Assembly (NCBI GenBank): GCA_030264375.1
Contig: JASCQW010000043.1
Coordinates: 72,125,124-72,189,123 of the forward strand
Source: Carcharhinus longimanus
Lineage: Eukaryota
DNA length: 64,000 nt
Reading direction: 5' to 3'
Shown here: positions 48,601 through 61,482 of the stretch, piece by piece
Position numbering within the stretch: the first letter of the stretch is position 1
Layout: each line of letters begins with the position of its first letter
Made by a program: the position numbers and the translations under genes
The notes under the pieces: generated by a model
Seen by the model: only the letters and a program-made list of their open reading frames with translations
The model's database searches: none
Told to the model about the DNA's origin: nothing

Positions 48601-49859
48601 TGAAATGCGTCTCTCTCACCCTTCACACTTTTCCTTCTGGGAATAGTCCTGAATAATACATGTTGTCAAATAAAATCAAGCATCTATTTATCAGCGAAAA
48701 ACAAAAACTTCAATGTTTTCTGTGCTTGGCTTGAGGCTCTTGTTCCTTTCCGAAGATTACGGAGTACCCCTGGACACAATAAAGACCAAATCTTTTCACA
48801 CAAATTCCTTTTCCGCTGTGAGTATTCCTAGATTAGCTAAGCCTTCTTTTGAACAGCCAGGAAACCTATTCATGCCAATTGTGCACAAAAAAAATATTTT
48901 TTAACGAGTACCTGACAAGAACAAGAATGAATAGAACAGAGCATGGATGGTAGCAGTTTGGAATATAAAACTACTGATGATGAGAGTGAAAAAAAGTATT
49001 TTGTTATGGTGGTGAAGTCGTGAGGGTGCGCAACTGTTTAAACTGGAATAGTTGTCATGGTATACAATGATAGAATAATCCAACATAAAAAATGTCCATG
49101 AATGTTCCCTTCCATACATTTTCTTATGCCTCTTGTTACTTCTTACAGTTTTTATAACACACTGCAAATTTCATTTTATTGCCCTTGGCTGTATTAATGT
49201 CAGTGAAAGTCTTGGTCTTCGTGGAACAGGGAACATAATCTTTGCTATTCTGTCCTGGCTTTACTTTCTTTTCTTTTCACAACTCTGCATTGTTTCTACA
49301 TTGCTAAGTATCATTAGTGCCACAATTCACAATGTGAATGTTAAGGATTCATAAGGACACATATGGCAGTGTGGGACCACAAAGGCCCCTTCAGTTGATT
49401 CCTTCCCCATAATAAGCAATATGTGCTCATCACACTTTTTTTGGAGGTCAGTAAGTTAACATTCTGAGGGTGAGAAACTGGGCTTGTTAACATTCATTTT
49501 CTGGGTGCTATGTCCTCCGAGCTCCAAAATGGCATCCACAATGCATATGCACACTGTAGGGTGAGTCAGGCTGAATGTAATATTGGTATGAATGTTAATG
49601 TGAGCTAACCACTCGAATTATACAGAGCATGACACCAATCCTGAAGCCAGCGATACCATTTTGATACCAGTGCCCCAGTCAATGCTTCCTCTTAACCCGC
49701 GCACAGCTGAATATGCAGATAGCATCAGGAAGGACTTCTCAGCAGGCTTTTAAAAAGAGCAACAACTACCTACAGGTTAGCATCTGATGAATTACTTCTG
49801 GCTGTTGCTTTGATTCTGCAAGGGTTTGGTGTTGCTTTGTATTGTTGTTTAAAGTTATC

Positions 49860-51600
49860 AGTGTCTGCAGGGGTTGGTGCGGCAGATGCACTTTACTGAG
49901 AACATCCTCACTGAAATCCTTCACCTACTGCGGCCACATCTGCAACCTCCAAGCAGAGTGCAGACAGCATTCCCAGTGGCTGCACAAGGTGACTTTTATA
50001 CGTTTGGTTCCTTTCAGGCTGGAGCTGGATATATTTCTAACATCTCACTATTTACCATTCTCTTATTTTGTATAAAGACCATTGCTAAGGCTCTCCATTC
50101 AGTGAGAGCTAACTGCATTTCCTTTTCTCTTAGCAAAGAGAAGCAGGCAAATGGGTGTGTGGCTTTGCCACGATTGCAGGCTTCCCCATGATGCAGGATG
50201 TCACCGACTGCCTGCTGTCAATTCTACCTATATCAGAACTGACAGGGATTCCATTCCCTCAATGTGCAGCTAGTGTGTGACTACAGGCAGTGAATTATGC
50301 AGGCCAATGGTCATTATCTTGGCAGCAATCATGGTGGTCAGTTTCTTCTGCCCTCTCTAGTAGTTGAGTTTGGAGGCAGGGAAGGCAATAATTAGACATG
50401 AGAGTGGCAGATGGGGATCCTTGTCACCTTCCCACCTCCACCCGAATAAGTCTGGAGTGGGAAGGCCCATGTCTAGCCTTCACAACGCACCACCAATTGA
50501 CACTCTTTAATCAGCAATTAATTACCCTAAGGGCCTTATTCCACTGCTGCTGGTATCGACACAGCTGTGGGTGGGCAAGTCTTTTGGTCTTCAGAGAATG
50601 GGTTCAAAGGTACTCAGTGTCTGTTCAAGCACCCCAGGGCCAAGAAGGGGAGTCCTGCTGAAAGCCACATTCTGTCCATGCTGCCAAATCCCCTAAACCC
50701 TCCTAATCCACAACCCCCCACCTCAGAACCACTCATGCAATTACTTACCACTGGCCTGAGTCACTCCTCGATACTGAGCTATCATGTCAGCTGCGGCCAC
50801 CCGCTAGCCTCTGTTTGGCCAACAGTCCTTAGTAGCCCAGGATCCTGATCCCAGGAAAAGGCCGCCAGTGGTCTCTCATCTGCCTGATTGGTTCTTGGTA
50901 TAATGGGCCTTCCCCAGCATTCCTCCAGCCAGCAGCTGACCCTTGGCATCGCTTCAAGATTCCACCAGATCTCTTCATTTTGTGGCAATCTACTACACCA
51001 GCTGTATTTGAGCCATTATAGCAAACCAAAAGGTGGCTTACTGGGTGACCAGGACTATCTACTGATGCTATGGTGGATGAATTCAGTGCAAAACTCATAC
51101 AGAAGTGTGAAGAATACATGCAGTGAAAGCCATTCTGCCTCATGAAATGTGATGGAGCAGATCATAGGCGTGACCAACCAACATGCTGAACATTCTTCAG
51201 ACTGCAGAAGTTCTGCTGCTGGAACCAAATGCAGAAGGCGACACAATTGCTGACAGTAGCTGGCAGCAGCTAATTAGCAAGTAGGCTCAGAGGAGAGACC
51301 AGCAGTTGTGCCAAATTGCCATCGCTCCTCCTGCTGGCAGGAAGACATAATGGCAGCAAGACATCGGGCTCCCCTCTTAATGTCTTTTCCCATCTTTTGC
51401 CAAAACGCCCAGCTCCCTACCTTTCTCCAAAGAGCCTGCAGATTTCAGCTCAATGTTGTCACTGTCTGTTGCACTTGGCAGAGCATAGTTGTTTGCTGCA
51501 TGCTGTACAAGCTGTTCATAAAGGGGCAACCTTTTCCACCAGATGTACAGCAAGCAGTTGAGGAATAGGAGCATGGTAATGAGAAGGAAGAAAAATAGGC
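49860..51600 (+). mobile_element. Decayed PIF/Harbinger transposase (HARBI1/DDE_Tnp_4-like), fragmented by insertions
   Basis: ILTEILHLLRPHLQP..TAFPVA..FYTFGSFQAGAGYISNIS (ORF 49874..50191); GGLLGDQDYLL..WWMNSVQN..ESH..*NVMEQIIGV (about 51026-51175); IVVCCMLYKL (ORF 51308..51568). These occur in HARBI1 order. Confidence 0.8.
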
Positions 51601-54600
51601 AGAAGAGGAAAGGAGAAAGCAAACATCTCTTTTGGCTGGGTTGTCTGTGAAGAACTTATCTCAGTGTGATACCAGATACTGCAATCACAATTCTCCATTC
51701 ACTCCTCATCTCACAACTTACCTTTGACCATCACAATGTCCACTTGGCCACAATGCAAAAATAAAACCCACAACAAAATAGACATTCTTGCCAAACTTAT
51801 AAATGAGATAATTCCATGCTGCATGCAGAAGTCAATTAATTACCTTTATGCATCCCTTTAGTGCCTGTCTTCCAAGTGCCTTTGCCTATTTTGGCATCCC
51901 AGTGTCATGTTCCTCAGTGGCTGCTGCATGGCTAGTGGAAGGGTGTGACTCTCAGTGAGGGAGGCTGTAAATGCAGGACAACTGTGAGTGGCTCTGGTTT
52001 TAGAGCACCATTCTTCAGACTGCACCATCCCGGCATGAGTGGAAAAGCCCGGGCTGGCTGACAGGCAACAGTGAGTGGAGTGGTGGAGATGGGAGGATGG
52101 ATGCCAACACTCCTCTGGAGTGGCAGCTCAATTAAACATAATTAATGTACAATCAACCACAATCATTCAAATGAGCTGTTCTGTTTCTGTATTACATTCA
52201 ACAGGCGCGGTTTCATTATGTATGGTGACCCTTGCTCCGGGTTTTGGGAGGTATCCAAGTTAGTCCTCTTGCTCTTTGTACGCACAACAAGAGGATCCTC
52301 AATTGACATTGCAGGTAGTGATCTCCCAGGTACCTGGTGCATGAAAATAAACATGTAACACATTGACATGTGTTTTAGTTGGATGGGGACGAAGACATAA
52401 CCAAACCATGAGTAATCTCATACAAGCATGACTGTGAATGCTGTAGCTGTTTGTTGGCACATTTGCTATTAGCAGTCAACCATGAATTCAAGTACTCCTT
52501 GTACCTGGCCTGACTTTGCAGTAGCTAACTTGGGTGCTTCTCACTGACTGCCCTTACTAACTAGCATCCTTTAATGAGCTCCATATGATGAAATATAATG
52601 TTCCCTTCCAGAACCTCAATCTCTAAAAATCTCTGGGAAAAAATAAAGCTCGACCATTAGTAGTAAAACATCACCAATAAAATTCTGCTTCATTTGTCAC
52701 AGTAATGTTAGCAATTTCTGAGCCTGTGCTTTAGAATAATGCAAATCCAAGTCTATCAAACAGTTCCTTAGTCTGAAACAGACTTTTAAATCACCCATGT
52801 CAGCCTGTATCCTGTCAGAGCCGAATCCCTAATGATATCACCTTGCCGGATCACAACATTGACCAAATCCTGATTCCAAAAATATGTTTGATAGAATATT
52901 TATCCAGTGTGACAGGTCTGTGCAGATGTACAACTAGCCAGGTGATGATTGAAAAGCTGTTTTTTGTTTAAATATTCGGTACATTCTGGAAAAGCCTGGA
53001 ACCTGACAGAAGCGGAGAAGCTTAACTCCTTTGTAACTTCTAGTATATTCAGGGATGACTGATGCACAATAGTTTTAATAAGGAAATAATAGTTCCAATG
53101 TTCCTTTGCACAGTCCTAGAAAATTCTGAATTCCCGGATGACAGGTCTCAATCTCCCTTAGATTGTAATTCAGATTCTCAGGTCTTCCCCAGGTAAATTA
53201 TTCTGTGCCTAATGCTTGCCATGAGCAGCCAGAAGACCCTGTGTCTTGTGGCTACCCTGTAATGGTAGGCTTCCCTGACCTGCCACCTTCATTTCCTGGC
53301 ATTAGGCCCTATAAGAGGTACAGCGAGCATGCTCATGACTTGGCACACCAAACTAGAGTGCTGAGCATTCAGAATCGATGTAATGTAATATGGCTGCTGT
53401 GTGCCAGTCAGGCATTTGTTTAAAAAGATGATAGCAGGGTGAGAGGGTGGTGAGGCAAAAGGAGTGGAGGGGAAGATGGTAAAATAGGACAATCACAGAT
53501 GAAATCTTGCACCATTAACGACAAGTCTCTTTATTAAAAATCCATTCAGAGCTATTTTATAAGCTGCTAGAAGTTGGCATTGATACAGAAAAGCAGAAAC
53601 CATAATCCAAACAATCTATTTTCATTTTTGGGAATTTTAACTCCTGTGGATAAGAATTCCGAGGGAGTTATGGACTGTGAATGTCTATTGATTGATGTTA
53701 ANNNNNNNNNNNNNNNNNNNNNNNNNNNNNNNNNNNNNNNNNNNNNNNNNNNNNNNNNNNNNNNNNNNNNNNNNNNNNNNNNNNNNNNNNNNNNNNNNNN
53801 NAAGGAGAATAAAGATGGTTGCCACTAATACCTTTCTAGCAAAAGTAGCAAGAACAAGTTGCATGAAAAGTTATCTTGGTTGACAGAATATGTTAGTTTT
53901 TGCACTACAAATATAGCTGTCAAACTCGATAATTATCACTGATGAGTAACACATTTCACAATGTGCAAGCTTCTTAAAGCTTCCTAAAGCTTTTCGGTCT
54001 GTGATTTGAAGTAATGAATGCCACAGTGCTTGCAGTCCCACTTCAGGATGAATGCCAAGTCTTCAGGCACAGCTTGGGTGAGCCTAACCTGGCTGGTTGC
54101 GTTGTTCTTTGACTTTGCTTTCAATTATTTCTGACAGAGGATAAAAGATAATGTAATAAAGCATCTGAGATTCAATGATTCCCCCTCCGTCCCCTGATAT
54201 CTCTTGTTCTTATGGGGCCAGTCATTTGGTCTATTTAGTTTTTAACCTGATGAAGGCCAGTGGATTTGCACACTACATGTATTTACGGTGGGCTCATTCA
54301 CCACAACACTTGAATTAGACTCAGAAATATAGCATTTTCATGTTATTTTATTAACTTTGAAGATAACATGGGGATCAATTTTCTCAGCCTTCCCCGGGTG
54401 GGAGCAGGGTGCTGCTGATTTGAAAATTGTGGGGGTTACATGTGGCCCTGTTTCCCCTCATCATTGCCAGAATAGACAGGTACCTAGGTCACCCATGTGA
54501 ATCCCTAACCAAGATGATGACAGGTGTTTCAGATGTAGGAATGGATAGTTGCCCCAGCCTCACGATTCTACAACGACTATAGTTAAAAAAATACTTCATT

Positions 54601-54999
54601 AGCTGCAAAGTGCTTTAAGATACTCTGAAATTATGAGAGCTGCTACATATATGGAAGTCTTTGTTTTTCCTCTCAGTTTATAATTATAGTGAATGCCATA
54701 ATAATCATGGTATGTTCCAAATTAACAGTGCATCATTCTGTCAGGGCTGGGATACTTTTCAAATAAATATTCATCATTAGGGCTTTAAGGGACACACTGT
54801 CCTTTCTCTGGAACACTAGATTCAAGTTTTGCCCAGACTGACTGAATGAAGGTAGTTCCTTGCTCTAAGCTGTAATGTTCTTAAGGAAATATGTTGTGCT
54901 GTTGCTTCAACCAAGTCCACAAAAGCATTAAAAATAACCCCTATTTGGAGTTTTCACTCTGAACTAACTCTGTTCAAAATAGAAAATTTCAAAATAGAG

Positions 55000-55990
55000 A
55001 AGTGCTGGGAGTTTCAGATCTGCCTTTTGGGTGTGTTTTGCTCCCCCCTTACACACCCTGTCTGCAAAATTATGAGTGAGCCTGTTGCTCGCTGAACAAG
55101 TCTGTGGTCGGGTTTTAACATGCCCAAAAACCTGCAGAGGGAGGTAGGGAGCATGTGCAGGCCTCTGATGCTGAACATATACATCAGCAGTAGCAGGGGT
55201 CTGACGGACAAAGAGAGAGCTGTCAGGTCCATGCTGGTGTGAGCAGCCTGAAGCAGCTCCCACCCTCTACCATCGCAAGGGCTGCAGCCCGAGATACAAC
55301 CTCTGCCAACCCCCGCGCCCCCATCCCTACTACCCAGACTAATCACGGACTCCTCTCTCCCCCACCAATCACAGTCACACTGCACACCACCACCCACCGC
55401 CTCCCTGCCCAGCGATTACTGCAGAGTGGCAGCGGGTCACCTCTCTTTCCCTCCCCTTTCCTCTTTCCACCAATCACTGCAGAGTGGCAGTGGGTCCCGT
55501 CCTTCCATTAGCCCTGTCCCCGTTGGCACCTTCCTCATTAACCCCTCACCCCCTGCACTGCCCAGATGCCAGAGTGGCACTGCCAATCTGGCACTACCCA
55601 CACAGCATCCCCCCTTGCCCTTGGCCTCCCAAGGAGGCCTCAGTGGCCTCTGGTTCCACTGGCGAGGTGAAGTTGACTGCTCCCATTTCATGGGGAGCAT
55701 GTCTATTTCTCGTTGGCAAGAACCTTTCCCGGCGAGGTGATAAAGGCAGGTGAGCCTGGGTGATTGTGCGTCGGGTTCGCTAATGAAATGTAAATGCTTC
55801 TTTAAACAAATTTCAATGCATTAAACTGCCTCTTGCCATTTTCGGCAAGAGGCTGACCATGCAGGAAATCTGGTACTCATAAAATGGTATTGATTGAAAA
55901 ACCCAGTGCCAATCGCACTAATTGCTTTACACCCCACTTTACAGCCATGTCACACCCAAAAATGGGCACAATGTGATGGTAAAATCACCC
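55000..55990. mobile_element. Harbinger-like non-autonomous element related to 3531-4523
   Basis: Shares gcagagtggcag(c/t)gg and accaatcac units and a similar right end (atggtaaaatcaccc); left boundary uncertain. Confidence 0.55.
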
Positions 55991-58900
55991 TTATTATGTG
56001 GTACTTTATCAAGTTCCTTTTGAAAGTGTGTAACAACCACACGAGAGAGTATCATCTTTTTTAGTGAAGGCAGATGCACAGTGTTCATTTAATAATTAGC
56101 AATGCCGTATGCCTCCACAAGGAGATTTCCTTTTTGGTCCCTAATCAGCTCTGTCCTTCTTTGGACTATTATTTACAAAAGGCCTTTGTGTTCCTCATAT
56201 GACACATGCTAAACTATGATCATTCTTTCACCTTGCTCCCTTTTTCCTCTTTTAATTCTCCATTGTAATTGTTATATTCAATTTGGTTCCTCACTGAATT
56301 TTCAACCCAATATTTATCATAATGTTTTTTGGGTTCATTTTAATCTCGATTGGTTACATAAATGGATTACAAAACTCTGACATACTATTTTAAAAGAAAT
56401 AAAAATCTTGAATACTGGTATGATGGTAGATTATTTCTCAATGGCCAGGATATGGCACACTCTATCAATTTGTCCTCCTTTAAAGGACACTGTTCAATGC
56501 TTGTGCCTTGTTTTAAATTTCTTTTAAGCTTAGTTACCTTTCTGGAGAGAACTAGAGCAAAATGTTGCACTTATCTTTTCTTCAGAACAAAAACAATTTT
56601 CTTCTGCCTTCCCAACCTCACACCACATTTGTATGGCCGAAGGCCTGGTGTGCAAAATGCATTTCGCATCTCTGTCTCAAGGTTGGGAGTCACCGTCATG
56701 ATGATCACAGGAAATTTTTATTTTGTGTGGTGGTGTGGGGTTCAGGAAGCACTAAAAAAATCACATCTCCTTGGAGAGGTTATGACCACTGGGGAAGTTT
56801 GTTAAGGTGTTGGGAATATTCTGACAGGTAAGTGCATAATATTTTGACACTTTCGAATATCACGATTAAATGCCGTATTGTAATGTAGTTGTCTTTTAAT
56901 GCAGGGATTAATCATAAGGATCGGTGCTGCAAAAGTAGGTTGACTCTTACATTGATCCGCATTATGTAATTGATGTCATGTGTTACAGTACTTTAACAAT
57001 TGTCAAAACATCATCATACATTAAAATGTAAAGCAAAATGTCCTGTCAGCCTCCACTATCATGTTTTGTACTATGATTTAAATTGTTTGATAGCTTCAGT
57101 TGTTAAAACAATTCCTGATTTTGAATGTTGAAAAAATGTCAGCAGCCACTCCCCTCCATTAATTGACCTGCACCCTGCTTTGAAATTAAAATGGGGTACC
57201 ATTATTTATATCAGTTTCAGGCAATGTAACTGAAAACATTCATCATGACAACTGTAGCCATTATGAATATTTAGCTGAGTTTCAAAAGCTATTCATGGCT
57301 TCAGCTCAGCAGGGTGGTCTACTGATCCAAGAACGATTGACATTTTAAGAGGCTATATTAACAAAATATACCATTGATATGGTTTTCTCTTTGCTTATAA
57401 ACCTAATAGACTCTTAGACAGTTATATTAATTTTACACTGCAGATTATTCCCCCCCCCAGTATTAATGATACTGTGTTTGAATACAAAATGTTATTAGAT
57501 TTTTAGATATTTAATTTTTTAAATGATTTTAACATAATTCCCATTGCTACTGCATTGCTCATGAGGACTGTACATGGTAGGTATAAGTTCACTATCTGGT
57601 TTGCTAATGTAATTTAGGGAAGGAAATCTGCCATCCTTACCTGGTCTGGCCTACACGTGACTCCAGATCCACAACAAGGTGGTTGACTCTTAAATGTCCT
57701 CTGAAATGGTCTGAGTTCAAACGTGATTAAGGCTGACCCATCCCATGAATGAACTAAAAAGTGAGTGGTTCTCGAGGATACATGCAGGACATTGGGACCT
57801 GAGAGGGCATGTGTGTGGCATTGAATGGCACAGAATTGTAAGGTGGCATGGAGTGGCATTGGGATGGTATGGATGGATAAGATTTATGGGGCCTTTAAAT
57901 GATGTCAGGAGCTGGGCTGCCATGACAAAAANNNNNNNNNNNNNNNNNNNNGCCCGTCTCTGCACCCACTCAAACTGCGTCATGGCTCACAAGATGCACT
58001 GTAAACCCAGCCCCTGTGTGAGAAGACAGAAATCCCATGACGTCATTCATGGGTCGGATGTGCATTTCAGAAGGCACAAAAGTATGTGGGTTGGGTTTTT
58101 CTGAGTCCAGACAAAATTCCCAGTTTCCATCTAAGTGTTCACATGGCATCCTTTAAAGCTACAGTTGCTTTAATGATTCCTTTCTCTTTACATTTTCTTT
58201 TCTTCTATTGCAAAATAACAATCTAAATAATAATACCCTTCATCATCCTCCATATAATAAGAAATGTCACAAACCACAGCAATGTTATCTGTGAGGGCAT
58301 CTTAACTTGAAACACTGGTTCATGGTGGTGCATAGTTTTGTTTTGGAATGTTGTGAAAAGTCACATGAAACGCCCAGAGAGAATAACCAGCCCAGACATC
58401 GTGTAACAATTACAAAAGACTATTTATTAAATTAAAGAAAACACAAATACACGCAACCAGAACTATAACACTCAAAGGCAATTAAATACATAAATTACTA
58501 AATGCACACACAGATTATATAGCAATTACCCATAATTCTAAAGTATATATATCTGCAATCCCTGGACTCCTCAAGACATTCCTGTTCCCAAATAACAACC
58601 ACATTAAAAAAGTCTATAAGTCAAATTTAGCTTATAGCTACCACCAAATGTAAGGCAGACAGTCAAATCTGGGAAACGTATTTTCCTAGACTAGGGAAGA
58701 TATTTAAAATACCTGCACTGTTTTGGCCCTTAAACTTCTTAGATGTTAAAATGGCCACTGAGCTGTGATATTGGCCTCTCCAGCTCTGAAATGTTACAAT
58801 GCCTTCTTGGCTGTTAGATGTTAAACTAGCCTCTTAGCTGTGAGATGTTAACTAGCTTGTCTGCTTCTGCAGGTGCTGGCACTAATACCTGGTTCCTCTA

Positions 58901-59115
58901 AGACTTTCCCCTCTGTGTATTTGGACTGTCTGCATCTCTCATATTCTGTAACTGTCAAAATCAGCATCTGTAAACATGCATTGATCTCTTAGCTGTCCAG
59001 GTAAGCTGTTTCCCCATGATAGTTATTTACACTTCCTTCTGTCTACTAATCTCGTTATTGGGAAAGGTCAGATTTCATCATTCCCTTTGAATGCTGGCTG
59101 CTGCTGTCACTAGGT

Positions 59116-59500
59116 ATTTGATTTGATTTGATTTGATTTATTATTGTCACATGTATTAATATATAGTGAAAAGTATTGTTTCTTGCGTGCTATATAGACA
59201 AAGCATATTGTTAATAGAGAAGGGAAGGAGAGACTGCAGAATGTAATGTTACAGTCATAGCTACGGTGTAGAGAAAGATCAACTTAATGCGAGGAGGTTC
59301 CATTCAAAAGTCTGACTGACAGCAGCAGGGAAGAAGTTGTTCTTGAATTGGTTGATACGTGACCTCTGAGTTTTTTAATCTTTTTCCCAATGGAAGAAGT
59401 TGGAAGAGAGAATGTCCGAGGTGCGCGAAGTCCTTGATTATGCTGGCTGCTTTGCTGAGGCAGCAGGAAGTGTAGACAGATTGGAAAGCTGGTTTGCCAG
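59116..59500 (-). mobile_element. Rex1/Babar-type LINE 3' end
   Basis: Minus-strand YTSCCLSKAASIIKDFAHLGHSLFQLLPLGKR...RLLNG (DUF1891-like C-terminus) and a (TCAAA)n tail at 59116-59137. Confidence 0.85.
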
Positions 59501-59644
59501 GTAGATCCAAGGCAGAAAAAATATTTTAATGTGGTCAGAAAATCAACAAGACTGTGTTGTGGACAGGGGAAGAGAAATAAACTGAGACCCACCCCTTCCC
59601 CCCAATTCCTTTCCCTTCCATCTATAATCAGTGCAGTTTGTTTT

Positions 59645-59930
59645 CTAGTGTCACAAGTAGGCTTACATTAATGCTGCAATGAAGTTACTGTGAAAATCCC
59701 CTAGTTGATACACTCCGGTGCCTGTTTGGGTACACTGAGGGAGAATTTATCATGGCCAATGCACCTAACCAGCACATCTTTTGGAATGTGGGAGGAAACT
59801 GGAGCACCTGGAGGAAACCCACATAGACATGAGGAGAGTATGCAAACTTCGCACAGTGACCCTAAGAATTGAACTTGGGTCCCTGGTGCGGTAAGGCGGC
59901 AGTGCTAACCACTGTGCTACCATGCCACCC
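59645..59930 (-). mobile_element. HE1-like SINE
   Basis: Ends ...ggcagtgctaaccactgtgctaccatgccaccc, the reverse of the tRNA-like head. Confidence 0.85.
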
Positions 59931-60260
59931 TGTGTGTGTGTGTGTTTTTATGCCCCCTTTGGATTGTAGCCAATTTAAAAAAATGTCAGCAACAGGCTTG
60001 CAATGGTTTAAACAATAAGGATTGTTTATTCACACATTCACCCTGAAAGATCTAAGTGCTAGGTCAGTCACATAATACACTTAATAAAGATACAGTAAAA
60101 TGAGATAATTTACTTCAACAAGTATAACCAAAAGAATGGTTTACTGTTCACGTCTCTTTGTGAGTCCATTGAAGAAAGAAACTTTTCATACTCTTATTGT
60201 AACTCAGATAAGGTTCAGATGGCCAGGAGATGGATATCAGAGCTGAAGTTTTGTGTCCAG

Positions 60261-60575
60261 ATGACCTTTTGACCCTTTTGGACAAAAGGTCGTCTGGACT
60301 CGAAACATCAGCCCTTTTCTCTCCTCACAGATGCTGCCAGACCAGCTGAGATTTTCCAGCATTTTCTCTTTTGGTTTCAGATTCCAGCATCTGCAGTAAT
60401 TTGCTTNNNNNNNNNNNNNNNNNNNNNNNNNNNNNNNNNNNNNNNNNNNNNNNNNNNNNNNNNNNNNNNNNNNNNNNNNNNNNNNNNNNNNNNNNNNNNN
60501 NNNNNNGACCAGCTGAGATTTTCCAGCATTTTCTCTTTTGGTTTCAGATTCCAGCATCTGCAGTAATTTGCTTTT
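60261..60575. mobile_element. Penelope-type repeat (family 2) spanning a gap
   Basis: ggacaaaaggtcgtctggactcgaaacatcagc followed by ...cagattccagcatctgcagtaatttgctt. Confidence 0.7.
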
Positions 60576-61179
60576 ATCAGGATTACTTCAAAAGGGAAGG
60601 ATGTTCAGCAAGTCATGCAGTTAGATATTTAAGGCTGCTGTGTCAGGAAATCCATTTTCATTACAGGTGAATTCAGAGTTTGGAATCAGGCTGGGAGACT
60701 TTGAAAAAATATCTTCATTCCTTTTGGTTCTGAAAAGGTGGCAAATTATTTCTGCAGCTTTGGCCTTGTCGGTCTTATCTGCAGACTGGCCTTCAGTCTG
60801 TTCTGACTTTTGGATAAAAAGATTTCGACATCGTTAGTTTCACATGGTGAATGTTGAATAGAGAGTAGATGATGGTTTTTCACATTTAACTTGTGGATAG
60901 TTGACTTCATCAGCTTTCCTTTGTTATGCTGCAAACCTGGAGACAGGGCAGATATGGTGGAGACAGCTCCAGGGACTGTTTCTTGCTGTTGTGACCGTAC
61001 ATTCCAGTCCCAATGTCAATAATTATGCATTAGGGAATTTTGCACCATTATGTCCAGGTGTCATATTTCCAAGGTGCTCGAACATCCACAATGTCAGACC
61101 AAAACTAGAAATCTGCTGGCCCTGTGCTCACATTCAATCACGCCCAAATATCCTTCTGGACCACATTGAAATAATAGAA

Positions 61180-61482
61180 TCATAGAATTCCTGCAGTGCA
61201 GAAAGAGGCCCATCGAGCTTTCACCGACAACAATCCCACCCAGGCCCTATCCTCTTAACATATTTGCCTTGCTAATCCCTCTGTCACTAAGGTGCAATTT
61301 AGCATGACTAATCCACCTAACCTGCACATCTTTGGACCGTAGGAGGAAATCAGAACACCTGGAGGAAACCCACGCAGACATGGGGAGAATATGCAAACTC
61401 CACATAGTCACACAAGTCTGGAATTGAACCCAGGTCCATGGTGTTGTGAGGCAGCAGTGCTAACCACTTTGCCACTATGCCA
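61180..61482 (-). mobile_element. HE1-like SINE
   Basis: Near full-length reverse copy, from catagaattcctgcagtgcag to gaggcagcagtgctaaccac. Confidence 0.88.

Noticed and set aside
60340-60575. Identical ~65-bp sequence on both sides of an N gap
   Set aside because: Probably an assembly overlap artefact, though a tandem terminal repeat is possible; cannot be resolved without reads.
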